From sequence record MT446387.1: a DNA stretch of 64,000 bases; one strand, 5' to 3'. The stretch is from Escherichia phage TH09. Below are positions 24,692 to 32,900 of the stretch, one piece after another. The notes under the pieces are model-generated. The model saw only the letters and a list, made by a program, of their open reading frames with translations. It searched no databases and was not told the origin of the DNA. Positions within the stretch are counted from its first letter, which is position 1, and each line of letters opens with the position of its first letter. A program made the translations under genes and the position numbers.

Positions 24692-25219
24692 ATGAGCAAA
24701 TGGTTTGAAGAAGATAAGGTTTATCGCTTTAAAGCTGGATATAAAGATATTTTTAATGAAACTTGCGGGGCTAATAAACGAATTGCCAAGTTTATTGGGG
24801 AAAATTCATTTAAAGTAAAAATAGATTCTGCGAAAAATGTTATTAGCATTAAACGTGAAATTGATGACTGCTGGTATAAAGCTGTTGATGTAATGGGCGA
24901 ATCTTATAAAGATAGCCCGTTATTTTCAATTACTTATATGTCAGAATATTATTTTTTCGAAGAAGTTCAAAAAGATGACTCTATCAGTAAATTTGAAATT
25001 AAAACTGATAAAGAAATTAAGTGGAAAGTAGTAGGTATTACTGGTTGTATGTTCTATATCTATGCTCAAACTGATACGAAGGAAGAAGCTAAAAAGAAAG
25101 CTCTAGAATATCTTGAAGAGTATGAAGAAGGCCCGGTAATGATTACTCAAGATGCTGAATTAGTTTCTGTCAAATTAGTTAAAAACGTTGAAAGTAAGGA
25201 GCTGGGATCAACATGCTAA
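24692..25219 (+). CDS. Hypothetical protein (175 aa)
   Basis: ORF track; SD gagga. Confidence 0.6.
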   Translation: MSKWFEEDKVYRFKAGYKDIFNETCGANKRIAKFIGENSFKVKIDSAKNVISIKREIDDCWYKAVDVMGESYKDSPLFSITYMSEYYFFEEVQKDDSISKFEIKTDKEIKWKVVGITGCMFYIYAQTDTKEEAKKKALEYLEEYEEGPVMITQDAELVSVKLVKNVESKELGSTC

Positions 25220-25449
25220 GTGAAAAACCGATTACTGTTAAAGAATTCCAAGAAAAAGTTAAACTATTTGCTCAGGAATTGGTAAATAAGGTTTCTGAAC
25301 GATTTCCAGAAACATCGGTTCGTGTTATTACCGAAACTCCTCGTTCAGTATTAGTAATTGTGAATCCAGGTGATGGTGACCAAATAACACATCTCAAATT
25401 GGATTTTGATGGATTAGTTGAAGCACAAAGGGTGTATGGCGTACTATGA
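25213..25449 (+). CDS. Hypothetical protein (78 aa)
   Basis: ORF track. Confidence 0.55.
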   Translation: MLSEKPITVKEFQEKVKLFAQELVNKVSERFPETSVRVITETPRSVLVIVNPGDGDQITHLKLDFDGLVEAQRVYGVL

Positions 25450-25784
25450 TGAATTTAACTGATATAATTGATAATTGTCTTGAAAATGATACTGGCGATC
25501 ATAGAGCGCTTGACTCTGACACAGCACAGTTCATTAGAATAACTTTAATGAATGACACTCTAGTGAATAGTATTCATCCTTCTGTGTATGATGCTATTAT
25601 TGTGACGAAGTATCCAGTTGAGCTTCACAAAAAGATGGTTGGCGCAATTTTTATTGATAAGAAAAACCGCTTTAAAGATGGGCAGAATATAATTAGTTCT
25701 GTTATTAAAAGTATAACTAAACTTCGTCATGAAATTTATCGTGTTGAAACTGCTAAATCTGCTTATCTGGTGATTATGAAATGA
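25446..25784 (+). CDS. Hypothetical protein (112 aa)
   Basis: ORF track. Confidence 0.55.
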   Translation: MMNLTDIIDNCLENDTGDHRALDSDTAQFIRITLMNDTLVNSIHPSVYDAIIVTKYPVELHKKMVGAIFIDKKNRFKDGQNIISSVIKSITKLRHEIYRVETAKSAYLVIMK

Positions 25785-26362
25785 AAGCGAGTACAGTACT
25801 TCAAATTGCATATTTAGTATCACAAGAATCAAAATGTTGCTCCTGGAAGGTAGGAGCAGTAATTGAAAAGAATGGACGTATTATTTCTACCGGATATAAT
25901 GGTTCACCTGCAGGCGGTGTGAATTGCTGCGATTATGCTGCTGAGCAAGGTTGGTTGCTGAATAAGCCTAAACATACTATCATTCAAGGTCATAAGCCTG
26001 AATGCGTATCGTTTGGTTCAACTGATCGTTTTGTTTTGGCGAAAGAACACCGTAGTGCTCACTCTGAATGGTCGTCTAAAAATGAAATTCATGCTGAACT
26101 AAATGCGATTTTGTTTGCTGCACGAAACGGTTCTTCAATTGAAGGTGCTACTATGTATGTAACACTTTCTCCTTGTCCGGATTGTGCAAAAGCCATAGCT
26201 CAATCTGGAATTAAAAAACTGGTTTATTGCGAAACATACGATAAGAATAAACCTGGCTGGGATGATATTCTGCGAAATGCAGGTATTGAAGTGTTTAATG
26301 TTCCTAAGAAAAACTTGAATAAGTTAAATTGGGAAAATATCAACGAATTCTGTGGTGAATAA
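25781..26362 (+). CDS. cd: dCMP deaminase (193 aa)
   Basis: Zinc-binding deaminase motifs HAE ... PCPDC; length as T4 Cd. Confidence 0.9.
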   Translation: MKASTVLQIAYLVSQESKCCSWKVGAVIEKNGRIISTGYNGSPAGGVNCCDYAAEQGWLLNKPKHTIIQGHKPECVSFGSTDRFVLAKEHRSAHSEWSSKNEIHAELNAILFAARNGSSIEGATMYVTLSPCPDCAKAIAQSGIKKLVYCETYDKNKPGWDDILRNAGIEVFNVPKKNLNKLNWENINEFCGE

Positions 26363-26598
26363 TGAAATTTCGTTTGGTACAGCTCACAGCAATTAGTTCT
26401 TATTCTAACGAGAACATTTCATTTGCTGTAGAGTATAAGAAGTATTTTTTCTCTAAATGGAAACAGTATTATAAGTCAGAATGGGTTTGTATTAATAGGC
26501 CGTATAGTTGGAAATCTGATTTAGAAAAATGCCAAAAGTTGCTTTCCACTCTTAAAGAACGTGGAACAACCCATATTAAAACTGTAATAGGTAAATAA
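26362..26598 (+). CDS. Hypothetical protein (78 aa)
   Basis: ORF track; ATGA overlap with cd. Confidence 0.55.
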   Translation: MKFRLVQLTAISSYSNENISFAVEYKKYFFSKWKQYYKSEWVCINRPYSWKSDLEKCQKLLSTLKERGTTHIKTVIGK

Positions 26599-26907
26599 AT
26601 GAAATTGACAACTGAACAGAAAGTAGCAATTCGTGAAATTTTGAAAACTAAATTGTCCATGGGTATTTCAAACGTGGTTTTTGAAAAGTCTGATGGTACT
26701 ATTCGTACCATGAAAGGCACTCGTGATGCAGACTTTATGCCAACCATGCAAACTGGTAAATTGACTGAATCTACTCGGAAAGAATCTACTGATATGATTC
26801 CGGTATTTGATGTTGAGCTCGGTGCATGGCGAGGTTTTTCTATTGACAAATTGATTTCCGTTAATGGCATGAAAGTTGAGCATTTGCTTCAATTTATTGG
26901 TAAATAA
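26599..26907 (+). CDS. Hypothetical protein (102 aa)
   Basis: ORF track. Confidence 0.55.
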   Translation: MKLTTEQKVAIREILKTKLSMGISNVVFEKSDGTIRTMKGTRDADFMPTMQTGKLTESTRKESTDMIPVFDVELGAWRGFSIDKLISVNGMKVEHLLQFIGK

Positions 26908-26908
26908 A

Positions 26909-26933
26909 TGCTTTAAGAATTATTTGTTATTAT
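26909..26933 (+). promoter_or_regulatory. MotA-type middle promoter upstream of gene 31
   Basis: TGCTTTA MotA box, 12-nt spacer, TATTAT -10. Confidence 0.45.
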
Positions 26934-26963
26934 TAATTCATCTGTTAACAAAAAGGAAAAACG

Positions 26964-27299
26964 ATGTCTGAAGTACAACAGCTACCAATTCGTGCTGTCG
27001 GTGAATATGTTATTTTAGTTTCTGAACCTGCACAAGCCGGTGATGAAGAAGTTACAGAATCAGGACTTATTATCGGTAAACGTGTCCAAGGTGAAGTTCC
27101 TGAACTGTGTGTAATTCACTCTGTTGGTCCTGATGTTCCTGAAGGTTTCTGTGAAGTTGGTGATTTGACTTCTCTTCCAGTTGGTCAAATTCGAAACGTT
27201 CCACATCCTTTTGTAGCTCTGGGTCTTAAGCAGCCAAAAGAAATTAAGCAAAAATTCGTTACCTGTCACTATAAAGCTATTCCGTGTCTTTATAAGTGA
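26964..27299 (+). CDS. 31: Co-chaperonin gp31, GroES analogue (111 aa)
   Basis: Length and synteny as T4 gp31. Confidence 0.85.
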   Translation: MSEVQQLPIRAVGEYVILVSEPAQAGDEEVTESGLIIGKRVQGEVPELCVIHSVGPDVPEGFCEVGDLTSLPVGQIRNVPHPFVALGLKQPKEIKQKFVTCHYKAIPCLYK

Positions 27300-27307
27300 T
27301 ATAAATA
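27300..27307 (+). promoter_or_regulatory. Late promoter TATAAATA immediately after the gene 31 stop
   Basis: Exact TATAAATA on plus strand; rIII lies about 120 nt downstream. Confidence 0.4.
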
Positions 27308-27425
27308 ATAATATGAATTGAGTTTCAATTCTATGTGGTAGTCTACAACTGAGAGATCTGTCGAAAGAAGATGAAATTCAGAAGAACGTGACTACCGAGT
27401 TTTAATCTCTAACGAGAATTTTTAA

Positions 27426-27674
27426 ATGATTAAACAATTACAACACGCTCTTGAACTGCAACGAAACGCATGGAATAATGGTCACGAAAACTATGGCGCA
27501 TCTATTGATGTTGAAGCCGAAGCTCTTGAAATCCTGCGTTATTTCAAACATCTGAATCCTGCTCAAACTGCATTAGCTGCTGAGCTTCAGGAAAAAGATG
27601 AACTTAAATATGCTAAGCCTCTGGCTTCTGCTGCACGAAAAGCAGTTCGTCACTTTGTGGTAACACTGAAGTAA
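27426..27674 (+). CDS. rIII: rIII lysis-inhibition accessory protein (82 aa)
   Basis: 82 aa as T4 RIII; synteny after gene 31. Confidence 0.8.
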   Translation: MIKQLQHALELQRNAWNNGHENYGASIDVEAEALEILRYFKHLNPAQTALAAELQEKDELKYAKPLASAARKAVRHFVVTLK

Positions 27675-27868
27675 TTTATTGGAGAGTCACTGCCTTAGTG
27701 TGAAGTTAAAACGAGGAGCCGTCGAACTTTGTTTTACGGTGTACCTCTTGAATGTTGACGAGGTTTATGGTTATCCTGTCGGTAAATAATCAAAACCTAA
27801 GTACCCCTTGAGGGCTTTCGCAGGCAATGCCAATAAGTCCTGCATTTTCATTTAAAAGAGAATTTATA

Positions 27869-28045
27869 ATGGCAAAACAAGCTAAAGCAAAGAAAGCAGT
27901 TGAAAAGAAAGTTGGTGATTCTAAACGCGCTGGTTACAAGCGTGGGTCGAACTCTCGTATCAATCAAACTGTTGAGAAGATCATGCGCCGAGCACGTGCG
28001 GTTCTTCGAGATGATGCTTCTCGTTTTGGTAAGCAGAAAGCATAA
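27869..28045 (+). CDS. Small basic protein (58 aa; alternative ATG 27827 gives 72 aa)
   Basis: Lys/Arg-rich MAKQAKAKKAVEKKVGDSKRAGYKRG...; followed by a strong terminator. Confidence 0.5.
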   Translation: MAKQAKAKKAVEKKVGDSKRAGYKRGSNSRINQTVEKIMRRARAVLRDDASRFGKQKA

Positions 28046-28050
28046 GTTGA

Positions 28051-28074
28051 GGACTCCTTCGGGAGTCCTTTTTT
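28051..28074 (+). terminator. Intrinsic terminator
   Basis: GGACUCC-UUCG-GGAGUCC followed by UUUUUU. Confidence 0.85.
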
Positions 28075-28098
28075 ATTTTCCAAAGATTGCACAAAGTT

Positions 28099-28147
28099 GT
28101 TTACAGTATGATTCCTTTGTGATAGTATTATCTTACACAAACAAAGG
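28099..28147 (+). promoter_or_regulatory. Early promoter cassette with inverted repeat
   Basis: GTTTAC -35; inverted repeat CCTTTGT(28114-20)/ACAAAGG(28141-47) with -10 TAGTAT in the loop; right arm overlaps SD AAGGAG; leader ends AGGAGAATAAAATG. Confidence 0.55.
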
Positions 28148-28155
28148 AGAATAAA

Positions 28156-28488
28156 ATGAAAACGATTAATCTGAACGCTGCAGTTAAAACTAAATGCTTC
28201 AATGGTAAATATGATGAAACTATGTGGTTCTTAATGGCAGTTGAAGGTGATATCATTGAAGTAGAAACAGCAGAAGGTATGGGAACAGATTTCACCTTTA
28301 CAATTCAAGTTCATAATTTCTTTACTGGTTGGATTTATGAATTGAATACAGTAATCGTTGGAAAAATTGAACAAAATGAATTGGGTGAATGGTATTATGT
28401 TACAGCTCGCCAACGTGCCGAACGCTTAATTGAGAAGATGAAAAAAGTTGGTAAACTTGACATGCAGCACTGGAAAGTAGTAAAATAA
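28156..28488 (+). CDS. Hypothetical protein (110 aa)
   Basis: ORF track; strong SD. Confidence 0.6.
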   Translation: MKTINLNAAVKTKCFNGKYDETMWFLMAVEGDIIEVETAEGMGTDFTFTIQVHNFFTGWIYELNTVIVGKIEQNELGEWYYVTARQRAERLIEKMKKVGKLDMQHWKVVK

Positions 28489-28490
28489 TT

Positions 28491-28530
28491 GTTTACTTTG
28501 GTACAGGATATGATATTATATACCTGTACC
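28491..28530 (+). promoter_or_regulatory. Early promoter cassette with inverted repeat
   Basis: GTTTAC -35; inverted repeat GGTACAGG(28500-07)/CCTGTACC(28523-30) with -10 TATTAT in the loop; leader ends AGGAGAATAAAAATG. Confidence 0.55.
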
Positions 28531-28556
28531 GCAATTAAACATCTAGGAGAATAAAA

Positions 28557-28922
28557 ATGAACTACATCAACTTTGAACGTAAATATGTTTCTAACGGTAT
28601 TGCAGGTTCTATTGATACTATCTGCCTTTGGAAACATCAAAATGGATCAGTATGCGAAATTGAACAGTATATGACTCCTAACTACGTTTATATACGATTT
28701 GAAAATGGCATTACGGTTTCAATCACGAAAGAAGGTTCTTCTTTTAAAATCGCATTAGATGATGATTTCCGTCAACGTGATTTAGGGACTCATCCTTGCT
28801 GGAATGGCGTTAATCGTAAGCTTCTGGTTAAAACTTGGATTCGTCATATTCTGAGTAATAGAGCTAAACCTGAGCATCTTGAAGCGATCTTTGATGTAGT
28901 TCTTAACGAATTTGATATTTAA
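28557..28922 (+). CDS. Hypothetical protein (121 aa)
   Basis: ORF track; strong SD. Confidence 0.6.
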   Translation: MNYINFERKYVSNGIAGSIDTICLWKHQNGSVCEIEQYMTPNYVYIRFENGITVSITKEGSSFKIALDDDFRQRDLGTHPCWNGVNRKLLVKTWIRHILSNRAKPEHLEAIFDVVLNEFDI

Positions 28923-28962
28923 AATAAAACAGGGGCTTCGGCCCCTTACTGAGGAAAATACT

Positions 28963-29250
28963 ATGTTTATGACTACTTATTTTGATAGCCGCAAAAATTT
29001 CTGTGAAGTGGTTTTCTCTAAGGCGCCTAAAGACCTTCCTGCTCATTTGCAACCTACCAGTGAATCGATTAAAAACTACGTTAATGTAGTCTGCCCTTTA
29101 GAATTCCGTACTGTAAATGGGCGCGATACTTTAGCTATCACTAAACTCAATCGTGAAATTGACATTGACCCTTCAATTGCGCGTGAAATTAACATTTCTG
29201 ATATTGGCGGCGGTAATGTTAAATCGCACGGTTTTCAGATGAGGTTCTAA
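28963..29250 (+). CDS. Hypothetical protein (95 aa)
   Basis: ATG 28963 with SD gagga (track start 28912 is TTG); preceded by hairpin GGGGC-uucg-GCCCC at 28933-28946. Confidence 0.55.
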   Translation: MFMTTYFDSRKNFCEVVFSKAPKDLPAHLQPTSESIKNYVNVVCPLEFRTVNGRDTLAITKLNREIDIDPSIAREINISDIGGGNVKSHGFQMRF

Positions 29251-29447
29251 TGAAATTCTTTTTAGGTCAAACTGTTGAATTAAAGGGAGTTGGTATACCT
29301 GGATTAATTTCTAAGGTTCTACCTCCATTTAAATGGAGTGGTATTCAAATAAAAGAGGCTTATATTGTTTCCTGGGTAGATGGAAATGAAGACCTTCGTA
29401 TGGGTGATGAATTATCTCCTATTTACGGATTAAAGGAATTAGTATGA
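29250..29447 (+). CDS. Hypothetical protein (65 aa)
   Basis: ORF track. Confidence 0.5.
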   Translation: MKFFLGQTVELKGVGIPGLISKVLPPFKWSGIQIKEAYIVSWVDGNEDLRMGDELSPIYGLKELV

Positions 29448-29650
29448 ATATAATTAATAAGATTTTTGGAATTCAGTACATTAAGGTCACATATAAAGTA
29501 ACAGATAAAAATCCATATACTGATGAACATGAAGAACCACAAGTTAAGTCTATTATATTAGAAAAGGACCCTAACTGGCCAGTTGAATTTCGTCTTCCTT
29601 GCTATGGTCATTGGGCTGATGTTGAAATTATAAGCATTGAAAATGTCTGA
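29444..29650 (+). CDS. Hypothetical protein (68 aa)
   Basis: ORF track. Confidence 0.5.
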   Translation: MNIINKIFGIQYIKVTYKVTDKNPYTDEHEEPQVKSIILEKDPNWPVEFRLPCYGHWADVEIISIENV

Positions 29651-30101
29651 GTTAGAGATTAGAAGCAATTTTAGGTGGCCATCATGTGCATTAAGTAATT
29701 TCGCCCAATGGCCTTTCGTCATGGATGGTATTCAATTTGGAGGTCTCGAAGGATTCCTCCAAGGGTGTAAGGTGAAAAATGTTGAACACCAACGTCGTAT
29801 ATTTGGATTATCCGATCTTGCCGCCCAACAAGCTGGAAGGTCTTATGCAAGAGCTCAGGACCGTGGCACGTTGTTCTGGCTTGGAGTTCCGTTTTCAAGA
29901 TATTCACCGGCGTGGAAAGAATTATACACAAATGCATATTTTGAAGCAGCGTTCCAAAACAAGGGCTTTCGCGATGCATTACTAGCCTCGAAAGGAAAAG
30001 TTTTGAAGCACAGCATGGCTAGTGGTCTAACAAAAGATGATACAATACTAACCGAAGCTGAATTTATTGATGTGTTAAACCTATTAAGAGACTCTCTATG
30101 A
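29643..30101 (+). CDS. YbiA/NADAR-like (DUF1768-like) protein (152 aa)
   Basis: ALSNFAQWPF...DG..F...EGFLQGCK, LAAQQAGRS and W...AYFEAAFQNKGFRDALLASKG resemble motifs I recall from E. coli YbiA; ATG 29643 (track start 29637 is TTG). Confidence 0.45.
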   Translation: MSELEIRSNFRWPSCALSNFAQWPFVMDGIQFGGLEGFLQGCKVKNVEHQRRIFGLSDLAAQQAGRSYARAQDRGTLFWLGVPFSRYSPAWKELYTNAYFEAAFQNKGFRDALLASKGKVLKHSMASGLTKDDTILTEAEFIDVLNLLRDSL

Positions 30102-30934
30102 AGCCTACTATTTTAACTGATATTGATGGAGTATGTTTAAGCTGGCAATCAGGACTTCCTTATTTTGCCCAGAAATATAATCTTCCGTTGGAACATATTT
30201 TAAAAATGATCCAAGATGAGAAATTTATTTCTCCAGGTAAACTTTTTAATTGTGATGAAGAACTTGGCGTCAAGTTAATTGAAAAATACAATCGTTCAGA
30301 TTTTATTCGTTACTTGTCTCCATATAAAGATGCCCTGTGTGTAATTAACAAATTAAAAGAAGATTATAATTTTGTAGCTGTTACAGCATTGGGTGATTCT
30401 ATTGACGCTCTGCTGAATCGTCAATTTAATTTGAATGCTCTTTTTCCTGGTGCCTTCTCAGAAGTATTGATGTGTGGTCATGATTCTTCAAAAGAAGAGT
30501 TGTTCAAAAAGGCAAAAGAGAAATATAACGTAATTTGTTATATTGACGATCTCGCTCACCATTGCGATCACGCGAGTGAAATATTAAATGTTCCTGTTTA
30601 TTGGATGGCTCGAGGGGAGCGTGACAGTATTCCAAAAACTGCACAGCGAGTTTATACATGGAATGATGTCGAGAATAAGCTTTTTCCATCGAAGGAAAAT
30701 AAAGAAAGTTTTGATAGTGAAAAAGTTATAAAAGATGTAATTGAGAAGATGATCAAAAACGATTCTTTTCCTTGGAACACTACCTGGAGAACTCCTGGAT
30801 TTAATCCTTATAATCCATATCATCCATATCAGACACATCCGTTTCAGACATGGAACTATATTAAACCTGGTGGCATAGAGTATTTGTATAATAGACCTAC
30901 TAGTGGTGATAATATTTTTCAAGGAGCATTTTAA
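30098..30934 (+). CDS. HAD-superfamily phosphatase-like protein (278 aa)
   Basis: N-terminal HAD motif I LTDIDGV; Pro/Tyr/His-rich C-terminal tail. Confidence 0.55.
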   Translation: MKPTILTDIDGVCLSWQSGLPYFAQKYNLPLEHILKMIQDEKFISPGKLFNCDEELGVKLIEKYNRSDFIRYLSPYKDALCVINKLKEDYNFVAVTALGDSIDALLNRQFNLNALFPGAFSEVLMCGHDSSKEELFKKAKEKYNVICYIDDLAHHCDHASEILNVPVYWMARGERDSIPKTAQRVYTWNDVENKLFPSKENKESFDSEKVIKDVIEKMIKNDSFPWNTTWRTPGFNPYNPYHPYQTHPFQTWNYIKPGGIEYLYNRPTSGDNIFQGAF

Positions 30935-31203
30935 TGTTTGTTGTTCATACTATTTATGAAAATGAAGGTAATACTACACGTGATTACGGTCACGTAAATC
31001 AATTTTTTAGATGCAATCCAGAATTCCGAGCTCAAAAAGACGAACGAATTTTTAAAAAATGTGTAGAGCAAGGTTTCATTTACGTCAAGCACTGGATGCA
31101 AGGAAATAAAGTTAGAACCACGTACCACAGGTCTTTGACTGAGCTTAATGATGAATTGATTTATAATAGAGCTGTAAACCAAACTCTAAAGGATGAACAA
31201 TGA
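30934..31203 (+). CDS. Hypothetical protein (89 aa)
   Basis: ORF track; ATGA overlaps. Confidence 0.5.
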   Translation: MFVVHTIYENEGNTTRDYGHVNQFFRCNPEFRAQKDERIFKKCVEQGFIYVKHWMQGNKVRTTYHRSLTELNDELIYNRAVNQTLKDEQ

Positions 31204-32663
31204 TTCTTAAAATTCTGAACGAAATAGCATCTATTGGTTCAACTAAGCAGAAGCAAGCAATTCTTGAAAAGAACAAAGATAATGAATTGCTTAAACGAGT
31301 ATATCGTCTGACTTATTCTCGTGGGTTACAGTATTATATCAAGAAATGGCCTAAACCGGGTATTGCTACCCAGAGTTTTGGAATGTTGACTCTTACCGAT
31401 ATGCTTGACTTCATTGAATTCACGTTAGCTACTCGGAAATTGACTGGAAATGCGGCAATTGAGGAATTAATTGGATATATCACCGATGGTAAAAAAGATG
31501 ATGTTGAAGTTTTGCGTCGAGTGATGATGCGAGACCTTGAATGCGGTGCTTCAGTATCTATTGCAAACAAAGTTTGGCCAGGTTTAATTCCTGAACAACC
31601 TCAAATGCTTGCAAGTTCTTATGATGAAAAAGGCATTAATAAGAATATCAAATTTCCAGCTTTTGCCCAGTTAAAAGCTGATGGAGCTCGGTGCTTTGCT
31701 GAAGTCAGAGGTGATGAATTAGATGATGTTCGTCTTTTATCACGAGCTGGTAATGAATATCTAGGATTAGATCTTCTTAAGGAAGAGTTAATTAAAATGA
31801 CCGCTGAAGCCCGCCAGATTCATCCAGAAGGTGTGTTAATTGATGGCGAATTGGTATACCATGAGCAAGTTAAAAAGGAGCCAGAAGGCCTAGATTTTCT
31901 TTTTAATGCTTATCCTGAAATTAGTAAAGCTAAAGAATTCGCCGAAGTAGCTGAATCACGTACTGCTTCTAATGGAATCGCTAATAAATCTTTAAAGGGA
32001 ACCATTTCCGAAAAAGAAGCACAATGCATGAAGTTTCAGGTCTGGGATTATGTTCCATTAGTAGAAATATATGGTCTTCCTGCATTTCGTTTAAAGTATG
32101 ATGTACGTTTTTCTAAACTAGAACAAATGACATCAGGCTATGATAAAGTAATTTTAATTGAAAACCAGGTAGTAAATAACCTAGATGAAGCTAAGGTAAT
32201 TTACAAAAAGTATATTGATCAAGGTCTTGAAGGTATTATTCTCAAAAACGTTGATGGGTTATGGGAAAATGCCCGTTCAAAAAATCTCTATAAATTTAAA
32301 GAAGTAATTGATGTTGATTTAAAAATTGTAGGAATTTATCCTCACCGTAAAGACCCTACTAAAGCAGGTGGATTTATTCTTGAGTCAGAGTGTGGAAAAA
32401 TTAAAGTAAATGCTGGTTCAGGCTTAAAAGATAAAGCCGGCGTAAAATCACATGAGCTTGACCGTACTCGCATTATGGAAAACCAAAATTATTATATTGG
32501 AAAAATTCTAGAGTGCGAATGCAACGGTTGGTTAAAATCTGATGGCCGCACTGATTACGTTAAATTATTTCTTCCGATTGCGATTCGTTTACGTGAAGAT
32601 AAAACTAAAGCTAATACATTCGAGGATGTATTTGGTGATTTTCATGAGGTAACTGGTCTATGA
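31200..32663 (+). CDS. 30: ATP-dependent DNA ligase (487 aa)
   Basis: Matches T4 DNA ligase from MILKILNEIASIGSTKQKQAILEKNKDNELLKRVYRL onward; adenylation lysine context QLKADGARC. Confidence 0.97.
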   Translation: MILKILNEIASIGSTKQKQAILEKNKDNELLKRVYRLTYSRGLQYYIKKWPKPGIATQSFGMLTLTDMLDFIEFTLATRKLTGNAAIEELIGYITDGKKDDVEVLRRVMMRDLECGASVSIANKVWPGLIPEQPQMLASSYDEKGINKNIKFPAFAQLKADGARCFAEVRGDELDDVRLLSRAGNEYLGLDLLKEELIKMTAEARQIHPEGVLIDGELVYHEQVKKEPEGLDFLFNAYPEISKAKEFAEVAESRTASNGIANKSLKGTISEKEAQCMKFQVWDYVPLVEIYGLPAFRLKYDVRFSKLEQMTSGYDKVILIENQVVNNLDEAKVIYKKYIDQGLEGIILKNVDGLWENARSKNLYKFKEVIDVDLKIVGIYPHRKDPTKAGGFILESECGKIKVNAGSGLKDKAGVKSHELDRTRIMENQNYYIGKILECECNGWLKSDGRTDYVKLFLPIAIRLREDKTKANTFEDVFGDFHEVTGL

Positions 32664-32848
32664 AAGCTTACTTAGAAACAATTGTCATTGCTCAAAAAGA
32701 AGGTGGAGATGTTTCTACTTCTGTATCACAAGTCATTCTCGAATTTGTAGATGCATACGCTTATAATAAATTTACAGAAACATTTGATGCCTATGAAAAA
32801 GGACCAAAGTTTGAAATATATCGTACTCTCTTACCACTAGATTACTAA
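32660..32848 (+). CDS. Hypothetical protein (62 aa)
   Basis: ORF track; ATGA overlap with the ligase stop. Confidence 0.5.
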   Translation: MKAYLETIVIAQKEGGDVSTSVSQVILEFVDAYAYNKFTETFDAYEKGPKFEIYRTLLPLDY

Positions 32849-32864
32849 AGGCCTTCGGGCCTTT
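32847..32864 (+). terminator. Terminator-like hairpin
   Basis: AAAGGCC-uucg-GGCCUUU followed by AAUUUU. Confidence 0.55.
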
Positions 32865-32869
32865 AATTT

Positions 32870-32877
32870 TATAAATA
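32870..32877 (+). promoter_or_regulatory. Late promoter TATAAATA upstream of the first Alt-like gene
   Basis: Exact TATAAATA about 23 nt upstream of ATG 32901; consistent with late expression of a packaged protein. Confidence 0.6.
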
Positions 32878-32900
32878 GAATAAACACTAGAGAGGCTATG

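Noticed and set aside
27827-27868. Longer 72-aa form of the small basic protein starting at ATG 27827
   Set aside because: Weaker SD than the ATG at 27869; kept as an alternative start only
28933-28946. Hairpin GGGGC-uucg-GCCCC as a terminator
   Set aside because: Followed by only two U residues, so more likely an RNA-stability or processing hairpin; not called as a terminator
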